Below, piece by piece: positions 18,829 to 28,543 of a stretch of DNA of 43,743 nucleotides (the first letter of the stretch is position 1; each line of letters begins with the position of its first letter). The DNA is from a virus (Duplodnaviria > Heunggongvirae > Uroviricota > Caudoviricetes), in the IMG/VR virus record IMGVR_UViG_2711768004_000006; one strand, given 5' to 3'. The position numbers and the translations under genes are program-made. The notes beneath the pieces were generated by a model, which was given only the letters and a program-made list of their open reading frames with translations, was not told where the DNA came from and did no database searches.

Positions 18829-19234
18829 GCAGGCTTACTGCCGCCATCAGTCGGGAGAGATCGCGCTCGCTGAGCTGTCCTATCTGACGCGGAGACAATG
18901 GCCCCTCAATCTGGCCGACAGCGGCAATCTGACGGCGCAGCAGCGCAATGCCGCGCAGTGCCGGTGAGGCCACAAGAACCGGACCGTTTCGGGTTTCCAT
19001 AAGACGCTCGGCCTCGCTCTCCGCATCAATGCTGTCTTTTGCCGTCAGTTCGCGGAAGGTGACGCGGTATTCACGGGATTCCCCGAACGGCAGACCGTCG
19101 AGCAGATCCACATAGCCGTTCGCCAGTTGTTCAGCCAGCCCGGCGGTGCGGGGATCGCCGTCTTCAAGTGCATCCCGGATAGCCTCCATCACGGCCTCGT
19201 CAGAAACCGCCGTTTTTTTCTTACGTGTGCTCAT
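18758..19234 (-). CDS. Tail assembly chaperone (upstream frame)
   Basis: 158-aa ORF between tail tube and tape measure. Confidence 0.6.
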   Translation of the reverse strand: MSTRKKKTAVSDEAVMEAIRDALEDGDPRTAGLAEQLANGYVDLLDGLPFGESREYRVTFRELTAKDSIDAESEAERLMETRNGPVLVASPALRGIALLRRQIAAVGQIEGPLSPRQIGQLSERDLSRLMAAVSLLDSAMAGKLVAERGRPDAVPGSD

Positions 19235-19248
19235 TACATTTTTCCTGA

Positions 19249-19614
19249 TTACTGGACACGGGTACTGGTGGCGCTGGCGAACTTCGCGGAGATATCACCA
19301 CCACCGTCAAGCGAGGCCGGTTCACTGCTCCAGGCCTTCGTCATCATGTGGACTTCACCGGTATCGGCCACGAACTCAATCGTGACCGCAGTCCAGGTGT
19401 TGATTTCATCGGCAGCCGGTGAACCTTCTCCGCCCGCCGGGAATTTACAGTCCAGCGTCGCCTCACGGGGTTTCTCGCGATAGCCGTAAACTTTCGCGCC
19501 TTTCACCACTTCACGCTCAAAGCCGGACGGGGAGAACGTGGCCCCCTCAAGGGTGTCGTACTCCTGCCCGTTCACACGGATGGTGGCCGTGCCCTGATAC
19601 TGTTTTCCGCTCAT
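19249..19614 (-). CDS. Tail tube protein (Mu gp40-like)
   Basis: 121-aa ORF directly downstream of sheath. Confidence 0.8.
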   Translation of the reverse strand: MSGKQYQGTATIRVNGQEYDTLEGATFSPSGFEREVVKGAKVYGYREKPREATLDCKFPAGGEGSPAADEINTWTAVTIEFVADTGEVHMMTKAWSSEPASLDGGGDISAKFASATSTRVQ

Positions 19615-19622
19615 GCCTTACC

Positions 19623-21125
19623 TCACAAAATGAAACGGATCTGCGCGGCCATGAAGCGGAACTGGTTAACCAGATCCGGTGTACACATCACATCCAGACG
19701 GTTACGGTCTTTTGTGTTGCGCTCCACGAGCAGATTCTTTTTAAAGGTGTCCAGATTTTCGACCAGTCCCAGATCCACCCATTCTTCCCCCAGCGAAATT
19801 AACTGAAGTTTCATGATCTCCGGTGTCACGATATTCTGACCGGCACGAACGGGCGTCCCGTCATCAGCCAGTTTATGGCGCGGAAAACGCTGCGTGATAA
19901 AGGTGCGCAGGGAATAACGCAGATATGACAGGGTGTAGATGGTTTCCACATCCAGATAGCTGGGATCGATTTCGCCGTATGCATTCTGACGGTACATCGT
20001 CACCTGACGTTCAATCTGCACCACATCCGCGGCCGCGACGGTCACCGTGGACATGCCGGTATAAAGCAGGCTGTTTCGCTCTTCCCGCGTCAGACGATCC
20101 GGTGCTTCAGGTGCCATACGGGCAGGCAGCGCCAGTGTCTGTAATGGTCGGGCCGGATCCGTTGACAGGGAGGGCGCACAGACCGCACAAATGGAGGCAG
20201 CCCAGACATAATCCGGCTCTGGTGCTTTAGGAATAGAAGTGCAGGTAAACAGGAAGTCATTACGGGATTCACCAAAACTGGTTGCCGTACCGAAGGTGCC
20301 GGTATGCGCCATCCAGACCATACCGTCCGACATTTTTACCGGTCCCCAGCGTTTCAGCAGTTCATCCGCCAGAATTTTGAGATTTGCCGCATCCTTATAG
20401 GGCATGACGATGTAGTTGTACTGACGATTCCCCATCCCTGAGACGCTACGGGTGATATCGGGGTTTGTTGCCTTCTGTGTTGGCGCGACGAGCTCCAGCG
20501 TAAGACCGGCCGGTGTAGTTTCACCGTCATAATAGTTCACCCGTAAATCATGAGCTGAGCATTCACCGATAAAGCGGGCGTTAACCCCCATGCTGCCTTT
20601 AAGTCCTTCAGCATTATCACCACTGACTTCAGCTGCGATAGCAGTGAATGGCGCATCAGTGTCAGCGTTAATGACCTTAGCCAGCTCTTCCACAAGCTCT
20701 TTACCTTTTTTCCCCTTACTGACGGGCAGGAGGTAACGGCGACCGCCGATGTAAACACTTAACACCCCGTCTGCCAATGCTGTTCCAATGATATTCATCA
20801 CGCATGCCCTGGACTGACCTGTTCCAGCCCCCTGTGCAATGGCATATAACTCTGTGTCAGGGTTAATGGCGATAAATTCCTCTACCATCAGTGCAATCAT
20901 GGAACCTCGCCCCCAGAGTTCTCTTGCTTGTGAAGCTCGGGTAATACGTACTGGTACATCAAGCTGACCGCGCCCCTGAATGGTAGTGTCTTTCATTGCA
21001 GCCTGACCAAACAACAGTACCGCCTGACGCTGTGGTGGAGTGCCGGTCACGGCCATTGAATTATTGATTTCAATCTGTACCAGCGGAATGCGATTGTTAT
21101 CGCCGATATAATCAAAGTTAATCAT
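19623..21125 (-). CDS. Contractile tail sheath protein (Mu gp39-like)
   Basis: 500-aa ORF, size and position. Confidence 0.85.
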   Translation of the reverse strand: MINFDYIGDNNRIPLVQIEINNSMAVTGTPPQRQAVLLFGQAAMKDTTIQGRGQLDVPVRITRASQARELWGRGSMIALMVEEFIAINPDTELYAIAQGAGTGQSRACVMNIIGTALADGVLSVYIGGRRYLLPVSKGKKGKELVEELAKVINADTDAPFTAIAAEVSGDNAEGLKGSMGVNARFIGECSAHDLRVNYYDGETTPAGLTLELVAPTQKATNPDITRSVSGMGNRQYNYIVMPYKDAANLKILADELLKRWGPVKMSDGMVWMAHTGTFGTATSFGESRNDFLFTCTSIPKAPEPDYVWAASICAVCAPSLSTDPARPLQTLALPARMAPEAPDRLTREERNSLLYTGMSTVTVAAADVVQIERQVTMYRQNAYGEIDPSYLDVETIYTLSYLRYSLRTFITQRFPRHKLADDGTPVRAGQNIVTPEIMKLQLISLGEEWVDLGLVENLDTFKKNLLVERNTKDRNRLDVMCTPDLVNQFRFMAAQIRFIL

Positions 21126-21403
21126 CAGGACGTCCCCTTATCTGATGCTGCGGTTTTTTCAGCCACCGCCGCAGTTTTTTCTGCTACCGCTCCCGCTGGT
21201 TTTGCCGCCGCGCCGGTATTAGCAGTTGTGGCAGCCGGGGCAGGCTCCGCCGTTTTATCCACCACAATGACGTCGCCATCATTAAGACGGCGGCACCAGA
21301 ACGGAGTGAAGGGTTTCTCTTCCCCGTCCTGAGAGAGCGGAGTCATCGTGTCGGGATCGCGGATCAGGCATCCCGGCGCAGGTTTAATAAAAATGGTTGT
21401 CAT
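21125..21403 (-). CDS. Hypothetical phage protein (Mu gp38-like)
   Basis: 92-aa ORF with Ala/Thr/Lys-rich tail; ATGA coupling. Confidence 0.5.
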   Translation of the reverse strand: MTTIFIKPAPGCLIRDPDTMTPLSQDGEEKPFTPFWCRRLNDGDVIVVDKTAEPAPAATTANTGAAAKPAGAVAEKTAAVAEKTAASDKGTS

Positions 21404-21406
21404 CTG

Positions 21407-21970
21407 TTATTCCTCTGACAGTCCGGCGTTTTCACCGGCGGCAGTTGCACCAGGCAGACGGATGTGTGCCTTAAATTCCGGCGTGCCTTCCGGTTCGGTA
21501 AAGGTTTCGTAATGGCGCAGGAAATCATCCAGCGAGCTGATATCCGTCAGCGGGTCGATCATTTCCTCGCATGAGAAATACAGGGCGTACATCACGGCAC
21601 CGCTGCCTGCCTGCGTTTCGGTGTAACCGTTGACCGCCTTTTCAAAGTAAAGCGGTGAGGTTTTTTCTGCTCTGAAGCCGTCCAGCACGGTAATCAGGCG
21701 GGCCACAATCTGATAAAGCCCGGGACGGCTGACCTCACGGCCATTGAGCATGTCGCCGATGACGTAGAACACCCAGTGACTGACCAGACGCCCACGGGTA
21801 CGCCCTTCACCGGCACCCAGCCAGGCAACATAGATAGCCGGGGCGTTAATCAGCATGGTGCGCAGTACGCTGTCGCTCCAGTCGCCGGGATGTGTGTCAA
21901 CAGACACCAGTTCATTCCCGAAATACTCACGGATACGGGCGATGTACGCCTGCTCGGTTTCCGTAATCAT
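21407..21970 (-). CDS. Tail completion protein (Mu gp37-like)
   Basis: 187-aa ORF, synteny. Confidence 0.55.
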   Translation of the reverse strand: MITETEQAYIARIREYFGNELVSVDTHPGDWSDSVLRTMLINAPAIYVAWLGAGEGRTRGRLVSHWVFYVIGDMLNGREVSRPGLYQIVARLITVLDGFRAEKTSPLYFEKAVNGYTETQAGSGAVMYALYFSCEEMIDPLTDISSLDDFLRHYETFTEPEGTPEFKAHIRLPGATAAGENAGLSEE

Positions 21971-22386
21971 ATAAAGCCCTTCTGGTTGCGCCCGAACACC
22001 GCCGCATCAGACTGCACCTGCGGTAAATCCCCGGATTCAGGGGCCGCACCGTCTGTATCCACGCCGACCGGCACGTTACCGTTCATGACATCTTTCAGCC
22101 AGGCCAGCGCCTCACGGTAACGGTCACGCGCCTGATCGGATGCCCGCTGATCGCACAGGTAATAAAAGGCAATCGTGCAGCAATGCTGAACAAGGACCGC
22201 CGGAACCACCGCCAGCGGCAGCGTGTAACGGGAAGACAGATAGCTGTCGATAAGGGCAGACGCGTCCGTCAGTGCCCGGTTCAGCTTGCGCGTGTCCGGT
22301 TCATCCGAACGGGGCACGGCCAGTAATGGCCTGAGCAAATCCTCGCGGTAACGTGCCCGCATATCGGTTTCGGTGGCGTAATTCAT
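21967..22386 (-). CDS. Head-tail connector protein (Mu gp36-like)
   Basis: 139-aa ORF, synteny. Confidence 0.55.
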   Translation of the reverse strand: MNYATETDMRARYREDLLRPLLAVPRSDEPDTRKLNRALTDASALIDSYLSSRYTLPLAVVPAVLVQHCCTIAFYYLCDQRASDQARDRYREALAWLKDVMNGNVPVGVDTDGAAPESGDLPQVQSDAAVFGRNQKGFI

Positions 22387-22742
22387 GCGCGCGCCTTTTT
22401 CGCCTGTCTGGCGTTATTGCCGGTCTTTTTCCGGGGAGCATCCTGTACGGTTTCGGCTTCGGCTAAATCTGCACCGGTCTCTGCATGAACCACACCCGCC
22501 ACGGCTCCCGCATCATCACCAGGCGTCTGTAGTATTCGTACAGTGAGGCATGGCTCCGCTTCCAGTCGGGCAAGCTGCTCCGGGGTGACGTCAACCTGCT
22601 GGCGTCCCCGCATGAACAGGAACCCCGCACGACGAAAATGCGTACGACTGCAACGCACTTCTGCCAGTACCGTGACAGGACTGTCACCACTGACCTGAAG
22701 GCCTGAATCATCTGTTGCTGCCACAGTGTGATGTTCATTCAT
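22383..22742 (-). CDS. Hypothetical head-associated protein (Mu gp35-like)
   Basis: 119-aa ORF directly downstream of major head gene. Confidence 0.5.
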   Translation of the reverse strand: MNEHHTVAATDDSGLQVSGDSPVTVLAEVRCSRTHFRRAGFLFMRGRQQVDVTPEQLARLEAEPCLTVRILQTPGDDAGAVAGVVHAETGADLAEAETVQDAPRKKTGNNARQAKKARA

Positions 22743-22785
22743 ATTTGCCCTCCGCAGGGGCCGGGCCGTAAGCCCGGCTCACCGT

Positions 22786-23733
22786 TTACAGATAATCCGC
22801 GACAACCAGCTCCAGCTTGCCCTTCATCTCGTTAGAGACTGTGGCGTTACCGTCTGCGAACAGCTCGCGCTCCAGCAGCTGCACCGCCTGTTTTTCCAGC
22901 GAGGTGGGGACAACAATATGGGTGGGTTTGATGCCGAGTTTGCGGCCACCGTCAGCCTTAAAGTCACGCATGGCTGACCAGCCGTGCCACAGCGCATCCA
23001 GCGTCAGCGGTGACTGCATCATGTAGGCCATCTGCCAGAAGCCGTAGCCCACATTGCGACGGGCGGAAGCACCGAACACAAACTCGTTATCAGTAAACGC
23101 ACGGCCTTCATCGACTTTTGTCTGGGCAACCAGTTCGGCTTTGCGGCGATCCTGATAAATCAGCGGTTTTACCGCGCGGGAGCAGTCAAGCAGATACCAG
23201 GCCGGGCCGCTGTAATCCGCCTGTGCACCGACAGAGCCGGTTTTTGCCACAAACATATTGCTGACCATCTGTGCATCACCGGAGCCATCCACTTTGGGGT
23301 AAACAGGGTGTTCGGTATCAAAGAAGTTCTGGCCGTCATAGCAGGCCGCATTCAGACCATCACGCAGTGCAGCAAAGACCAGTTCATCCGGTTGTGCCGC
23401 AGCGGCACGACCCATTTCCTGGAATAACGGGGAGTAGATGCCGAGATTGTCGTCTTCAAAGTCATCGCGGCTAATGGCAACGGTGCCTTCAAAGGTTTTG
23501 TTCACGATGGCGTAGCCATAGGCTTTCATCTTCTCGATGACGCGGGAGCCGATCCACTCACGGAACTGCGGGAACTGCCCCAGCCAGCCGTAGGTGTTGG
23601 ATTTCGAGGTGGACGGCACGGTCATCGCAATTTTCTGGTACTGCGACGGAGCCATGGACATCCCGGCCTGAAAATCAGAACGGTAGCCCGTCATCAGGGC
23701 GGTGATCATCGCCGGTGTAATCGGGGTAGGCAT
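22786..23733 (-). CDS. Major head subunit (Mu T-like)
   Basis: 315-aa ORF following the protease/scaffold gene. Confidence 0.85.
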   Translation of the reverse strand: MPTPITPAMITALMTGYRSDFQAGMSMAPSQYQKIAMTVPSTSKSNTYGWLGQFPQFREWIGSRVIEKMKAYGYAIVNKTFEGTVAISRDDFEDDNLGIYSPLFQEMGRAAAAQPDELVFAALRDGLNAACYDGQNFFDTEHPVYPKVDGSGDAQMVSNMFVAKTGSVGAQADYSGPAWYLLDCSRAVKPLIYQDRRKAELVAQTKVDEGRAFTDNEFVFGASARRNVGYGFWQMAYMMQSPLTLDALWHGWSAMRDFKADGGRKLGIKPTHIVVPTSLEKQAVQLLERELFADGNATVSNEMKGKLELVVADYL

Positions 23734-24866
23734 TATTGCATTTCCTCTTTCATTTTCAGGAACTCGGCTTCGGTTTTACCCAACAGACGTGCGGCGGCGA
23801 TATCTTCAGCCGACAGCACAGCGGTGGCGGTCTTTTTATCCGGCACGGTTACGGTGTCGGTCTGAAGAGTGGTCAGAGCCGCAACCGGCTGGCGGGCGTC
23901 AAGCTGTGCAGAAAGTGCCGCGACGCCAATCTGTTGTCCGAGTCCTTCCATGTATCCGCGTTCGCTTTTGAAAATGCGTCCTTCGGACTCGGCCTTATCC
24001 AGCAACTGCTCCAGCGTGGTGCTGCCGTGTTGTGCCGACAGCGCGGCATATTCGGTACGCAGGGCGTTATACGTCTCAACGGGCACATATTTCGTCAGAT
24101 CAATAGTGCCGCCAGTTGGTGTGCCTTTTGCGGTTTCCAGTTCTGCCGACAGGCTGGCAACCTGCGTTTTCAGGGTGTCGTGCGCATCCGCACGGGTTTT
24201 GATCCCGGTAAGGGCAGACAGCGCCGCCGTGCCCAGTTCCGGTGTAAATTCGTCACCGTCAGCCACGGTCAGACCGAGCGCCGTCAGCAACTGGCGTAAT
24301 TGCTCATTCATGGGGGATTGCTCCTGAGAAGGGGAAACGACATAGAGATCATCAGCACTGAGTGCCGCGACAGGGTTCATACCCGTAATACCCGGATCAT
24401 TCGTCAGGGAAGCCATGCGCAACAGGTAGGGTTCCCCGGTGTCAGCGAAATAATGCATATATGCAGACAGATAGGCATATTCACGGTCATCAATATGTTT
24501 TTGTGCCTGTGGTGTCCATTCAGGTTTAATGAAAATCCCCTGACCCTCACGCCATTCGATGTTTTCCGGCTTAACCCATCCTGCAGCAATAGCCTTGAAT
24601 CCGTTTTTCTGCGCATTCACGGAGTGATGGTCATAATCAATCAGTAACGGCTGATGCAGGGCGGAAAGCCCGGCTTTCATCCGGTTACAGGCGGATTCGT
24701 TAATCAGCCAGCCTTCAGTCGGTTTTTCCGGGCGACCGTCACGGGCCTTTACCCGACCGGCTGGCAGTAACTGACACCATCCGTCGCCGGATGCAGTCAG
24801 CGAAGCTGAAAGCACGGCTAAACCGGAGGGGCGATTTGCGTCTTTTGGGTGATTTTCTGTCTTCAT
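23733..24866 (-). CDS. Head maturation protease with C-terminal scaffold (Mu I/Z-like)
   Basis: 377-aa ORF with Ala/Leu-rich coiled C-terminal half. Confidence 0.8.
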   Translation of the reverse strand: MKTENHPKDANRPSGLAVLSASLTASGDGWCQLLPAGRVKARDGRPEKPTEGWLINESACNRMKAGLSALHQPLLIDYDHHSVNAQKNGFKAIAAGWVKPENIEWREGQGIFIKPEWTPQAQKHIDDREYAYLSAYMHYFADTGEPYLLRMASLTNDPGITGMNPVAALSADDLYVVSPSQEQSPMNEQLRQLLTALGLTVADGDEFTPELGTAALSALTGIKTRADAHDTLKTQVASLSAELETAKGTPTGGTIDLTKYVPVETYNALRTEYAALSAQHGSTTLEQLLDKAESEGRIFKSERGYMEGLGQQIGVAALSAQLDARQPVAALTTLQTDTVTVPDKKTATAVLSAEDIAAARLLGKTEAEFLKMKEEMQ

Positions 24867-25043
24867 ACCGGCAGCATAAGCCGGGTATTTTTGGGGCTGG
24901 TTTTGCGGGACTTCAGAAAGTGCTGACAGGGGGGGAATGAGAAAGGCGCTTCACGCAGATTTTAAAGCCCGTTAAATACAGGTTAGAAAATCACGACACG
25001 CGCCTGAAGGGGGTAAGGTAATACGTTTGCATACCTTAAACCA
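24867..25043 (-). promoter_or_regulatory. G-I intergenic region: late promoter for head genes; candidate central strong gyrase site
   Basis: 177-bp non-coding stretch about 18.1 kb from the left end, the position of the gyrase site in Mu. Confidence 0.35.
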
Positions 25044-25517
25044 TTACGGCGTTTCTGTGGCCTTTTTAAAGCGTTTTCTGATTTCGTCCATGATCTCCTG
25101 TTCTGCCACCTGATCAAAGCCCATATACGGACGTGCGCCAATGGCCGCCGGTCCCGGTGGCATACCAGGCAGGCCACCCCACTGATGAATGGCTGCATAA
25201 GGTTCATTTGATCCAATCAGCGCCCAGGTATCGCCATAATCCGTGGTCAGGCGGCGGGCCAGATCGCCGTTCAGCGTCAGGATTTTGCCGGGCGTGTATC
25301 CCTTACGGGTACGCCACTCACGGTAAGGATCTGACCAGTCATGCCAGCGTTCACCATCCGGCTCTTTTTCCTGCTCAAACGCCATTTCTGACGATGACAG
25401 AAGACTCGCCGCCACACTGCGGGCCAGGTCTTTTCCGCCGCCCACAAACTGAAGCCGGGCAAACACTCGCTGGAGACGCGTAACGTCAACAACGACAGCT
25501 GCATCAATGGATGACAT
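25044..25517 (-). CDS. Virion morphogenesis protein (Mu G-like)
   Basis: 157-aa ORF between F and I. Confidence 0.8.
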   Translation of the reverse strand: MSSIDAAVVVDVTRLQRVFARLQFVGGGKDLARSVAASLLSSSEMAFEQEKEPDGERWHDWSDPYREWRTRKGYTPGKILTLNGDLARRLTTDYGDTWALIGSNEPYAAIHQWGGLPGMPPGPAAIGARPYMGFDQVAEQEIMDEIRKRFKKATETP

Positions 25518-25638
25518 ATTGCCTCCGCATAAAGGATGAATATAAAATAAACAGGCGGTCAGTGTACGCTTAACTGGTAAAGTCGGTGCCTGCCTCCGGG
25601 TGGATCATGTATGCGGGTTCGACCCCCGCCACTGACCG

Positions 25639-26970
25639 TTAATCAATTTGTCCTTCCAGCACCTCAAGCATTCCGCCCCGGATATCCGATTTCAGCTTAT
25701 CCATATTGATAACCCGGTAAGCATTCACAATCACATCCAGTTTGTCGGGCTGACGTTTCAGACTGTACGGTGCATTAACGGCAATCTGCACACTGCCATC
25801 CTGATTTTCCACGATATACATCAGATTGTTGTGCCGTTTGTCCCACAGTACCGCTTTTGGCCTTGCCAGCATTGCCGGTAAGCGCCCGAAGTCCTCCGGC
25901 GTCAGAGCGATGCCGTCATTCTGATGTTTCACACTGTCCGCATGGAGCACATTTTTACCGCTCATCGCCAGCAGGCGGGCCGGTGGCGTTCCCGTCCGGC
26001 TTTCCACTGCCTGCGCAATGCTTTCAGTCATAAAGCCCAGCGTGCGGATATCGTTACCACCTCGCCGGGTCTGCATGATGTTTTTTGCCCAGATGCGGAA
26101 CGCCAGCTGCCGCTCCGGGCTGTTGTTCATCTCCTGAACCACCATTTCCCGTAACGCCGGGCTTTTCACCTCGATCAGTTTGCGGATCAGCGCCTGGTCT
26201 GTGCCGAACGCTGCCGAGCCGGGGTTATATGACCAGCCCACATCCGGTGTCATGGTTCTGGCGCCATCTGAATATGTGGTCACCGGCATTTCTCTGACTT
26301 CTCCGGTCTGTTTATCCACGCCAGCCTCAACATTGCGGGTGGAGAGATGATCCTCACCGGATGAAACGGATAACCCCATTGCATCCAGACGGGCCTGAGA
26401 CAATGGCCGCACACGGCAGCGGCAGTTCCAGCCATTGGGCGGGTAGTGTGTTTTCCAGAACGGATCGTCATAGCGGAATACCAGACCGTTAAGGGCGGAA
26501 TGCGACGGGCGGGTACGGCTGTCCATGACCGCCACATACTGCCAGAACGGATGCGTGTCCGTGTTGTTCATCATCTGCGTGTAACGCCCGGCATTGTAAG
26601 CCACACGGGTGTTCACGTTGTAAATCAGCGCCAGACGACGGGGACTGCCCTGCTGCACTTCTTCCGCGTTACCGTCGCTGTCCACCACAATCTGCTTTCC
26701 CCACCATCCCAGCTTTTGCAGGCGTGGCGTCAGTGTGCGGATAAATTCTTTCTGTGAAATCCCCTCATCAATGGCCCGCTGCACTTCGGCCTGTAATGTG
26801 GTTACCACATCCAGCCGTGCCGTTTTTGCTGCCGTGAATGAGCGGGCATGAACATCCGCGTCTGTTTCGAACCAGTTCCAGCTGATATGCGCCCCTTTGG
26901 CGCGGAAGTATGCCACCGTCTCTTTTGAGGGAAGCGTGGCGGCATAACCTAAATCAATCCCCTGAGCCAT
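25639..26970 (-). CDS. Minor head protein (Mu F-like)
   Basis: 443-aa ORF directly after portal. Confidence 0.85.
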   Translation of the reverse strand: MAQGIDLGYAATLPSKETVAYFRAKGAHISWNWFETDADVHARSFTAAKTARLDVVTTLQAEVQRAIDEGISQKEFIRTLTPRLQKLGWWGKQIVVDSDGNAEEVQQGSPRRLALIYNVNTRVAYNAGRYTQMMNNTDTHPFWQYVAVMDSRTRPSHSALNGLVFRYDDPFWKTHYPPNGWNCRCRVRPLSQARLDAMGLSVSSGEDHLSTRNVEAGVDKQTGEVREMPVTTYSDGARTMTPDVGWSYNPGSAAFGTDQALIRKLIEVKSPALREMVVQEMNNSPERQLAFRIWAKNIMQTRRGGNDIRTLGFMTESIAQAVESRTGTPPARLLAMSGKNVLHADSVKHQNDGIALTPEDFGRLPAMLARPKAVLWDKRHNNLMYIVENQDGSVQIAVNAPYSLKRQPDKLDVIVNAYRVINMDKLKSDIRGGMLEVLEGQID

Positions 26971-28543
26971 CCAGCATCCCCTTCATTTCCGCAGCAAACA
27001 TGGCATCACTGAGCAGCGTCATCAGGCGGGAATCATCCATTTCACGGTAAAGGGCAGGCAGGTCTGCCAGTGCCTCCGCCAGCCCCCGCGTTCTGATGAC
27101 ATCAATGACCGGCTCCAGCACCGGATCGATGGCCTCCTGTAAGCGGCGGGCAGGCACCGCGTCCCCCATGTCGTCCAGTTCATCACGCGGCGTGTTTTTC
27201 GCTTCCGGCAGTCGGGCTGAAAGCGCCGTCTGTTCTGTCTTTTCCTGTTTTTCCGGTAGCGTTTCCCTGTCAGGCATGGCCGGTTCATTACTGCTCTGAC
27301 GGACACGGAATATGGCTTCACCGGGCGTGGGCTGTGGAATACCGGTCTGATCCCGTACCCAGGGATCAGGAATATCCATCCCCGCACTGAGTTGCATCAC
27401 CGCACTGGCTATTTTGGTGATATCCCCCGGTTCTTTGGTCTGGAAACAGATACGCGGCAGGCGACGGATATCAATGGCGTGGGCGGTGTTCAGGGCATAC
27501 AGCGGATACACCAGATCGCGGTTCAGGGTTGCAGCCAGCTGGCGTAAATCAGAATCCCTGATTTCCCGGCGCACCTCGTTATGCACCTCACCCAGCGAGC
27601 GCGCGCCTTTGTCTCCGGCTTCTGTGGTCAGCGTGCCGCCGAGTATTGCTTTGGAGATGGAACGCTCACCCCACGAAATCATGGTTTCAAACGGATCGGC
27701 CTGACCGTTCGCTGCCGCCTGAAACTCCAGCGACATCCCGGCCGGGATGATCCCGCCTGTACGTCGCCCGATATCCATCACCGCCCGCATCAGGGCACTT
27801 TTCTGCTCCGGTGTTGCCCCGGACGGGTATTTCCCGACCTTCATTGGCAGGCCGTACACCTCCAGAAATTCCGCCAGATCGCGCACGGAATAGTTTTTGA
27901 AAATGAACGGCCAGATAAGCGTTCTGACAAGCCCCGTCGCACCACCGTAGCCGGTGCGTGAACGCGACTGATGCACTATCCAGCCAAAGGGCTGAAACGC
28001 CACCCCGGCATGGCTGCCGTCACGCAGCCGCAGTTCGCTCAAATCATCCGGGTTAAGGCAGAAATGCCCGCTGTCACGCCAGCGGATGGCGCGGATGATG
28101 TGCATTTTACCGAGCATCCCGTGCTCAATTTCCATGCAGGAATAGCCCTTCAGGATGGCATCCGTGGCGTCAAACAGCATGGCATCAAACCAGTCTGCGG
28201 AATGCAGATATTCGTCGAGCATTTCCGCGTCCTTTTTCTCATTCGCGCTGGCGTTCGGTGGCGGCTCAATACTCCATGGCACCCCCTGAATGGCAAGACG
28301 TCGCTTGCCCAGCTCCGCAAAAAGGTGGGTGTCCTTTTCTTCAATATCAGCGGCCAGATCGGACTGGGCAATCAGATCGCCACGTTCAGCCCCGCGAAGG
28401 CACTGCGCCGCCCGGTTCGGGGTGATACCCGAAGCCGGATGTTCAATATAACGGCTGGCAATCTGCGGAATATCCAGCGCGGCACTCTGCATCTCCGGGT
28501 CAAAGGAGAAAGGTTTTCCGTCAGTATCAATGATGCGTCCCAC
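26954..28543 (-). CDS. Portal protein (Mu H-like)
   Basis: 529-aa ORF overlapping terminase stop. Confidence 0.85.
   Translation of the reverse strand: MGRIIDTDGKPFSFDPEMQSAALDIPQIASRYIEHPASGITPNRAAQCLRGAERGDLIAQSDLAADIEEKDTHLFAELGKRRLAIQGVPWSIEPPPNASANEKKDAEMLDEYLHSADWFDAMLFDATDAILKGYSCMEIEHGMLGKMHIIRAIRWRDSGHFCLNPDDLSELRLRDGSHAGVAFQPFGWIVHQSRSRTGYGGATGLVRTLIWPFIFKNYSVRDLAEFLEVYGLPMKVGKYPSGATPEQKSALMRAVMDIGRRTGGIIPAGMSLEFQAAANGQADPFETMISWGERSISKAILGGTLTTEAGDKGARSLGEVHNEVRREIRDSDLRQLAATLNRDLVYPLYALNTAHAIDIRRLPRICFQTKEPGDITKIASAVMQLSAGMDIPDPWVRDQTGIPQPTPGEAIFRVRQSSNEPAMPDRETLPEKQEKTEQTALSARLPEAKNTPRDELDDMGDAVPARRLQEAIDPVLEPVIDVIRTRGLAEALADLPALYREMDDSRLMTLLSDAMFAAEMKGMLDGSGD

Noticed and set aside
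22463-22738. Alternative 91-aa frame overlapping 22383-22742
   Set aside because: Same strand, different frame, same span; the longer frame with coupled start and stop is the better candidate.
25558-25637. Calling the F-G intergenic element a tRNA gene
   Set aside because: Acceptor-like stem and T-arm are present but no canonical D-arm or anticodon arm could be folded; kept only as a structured element.
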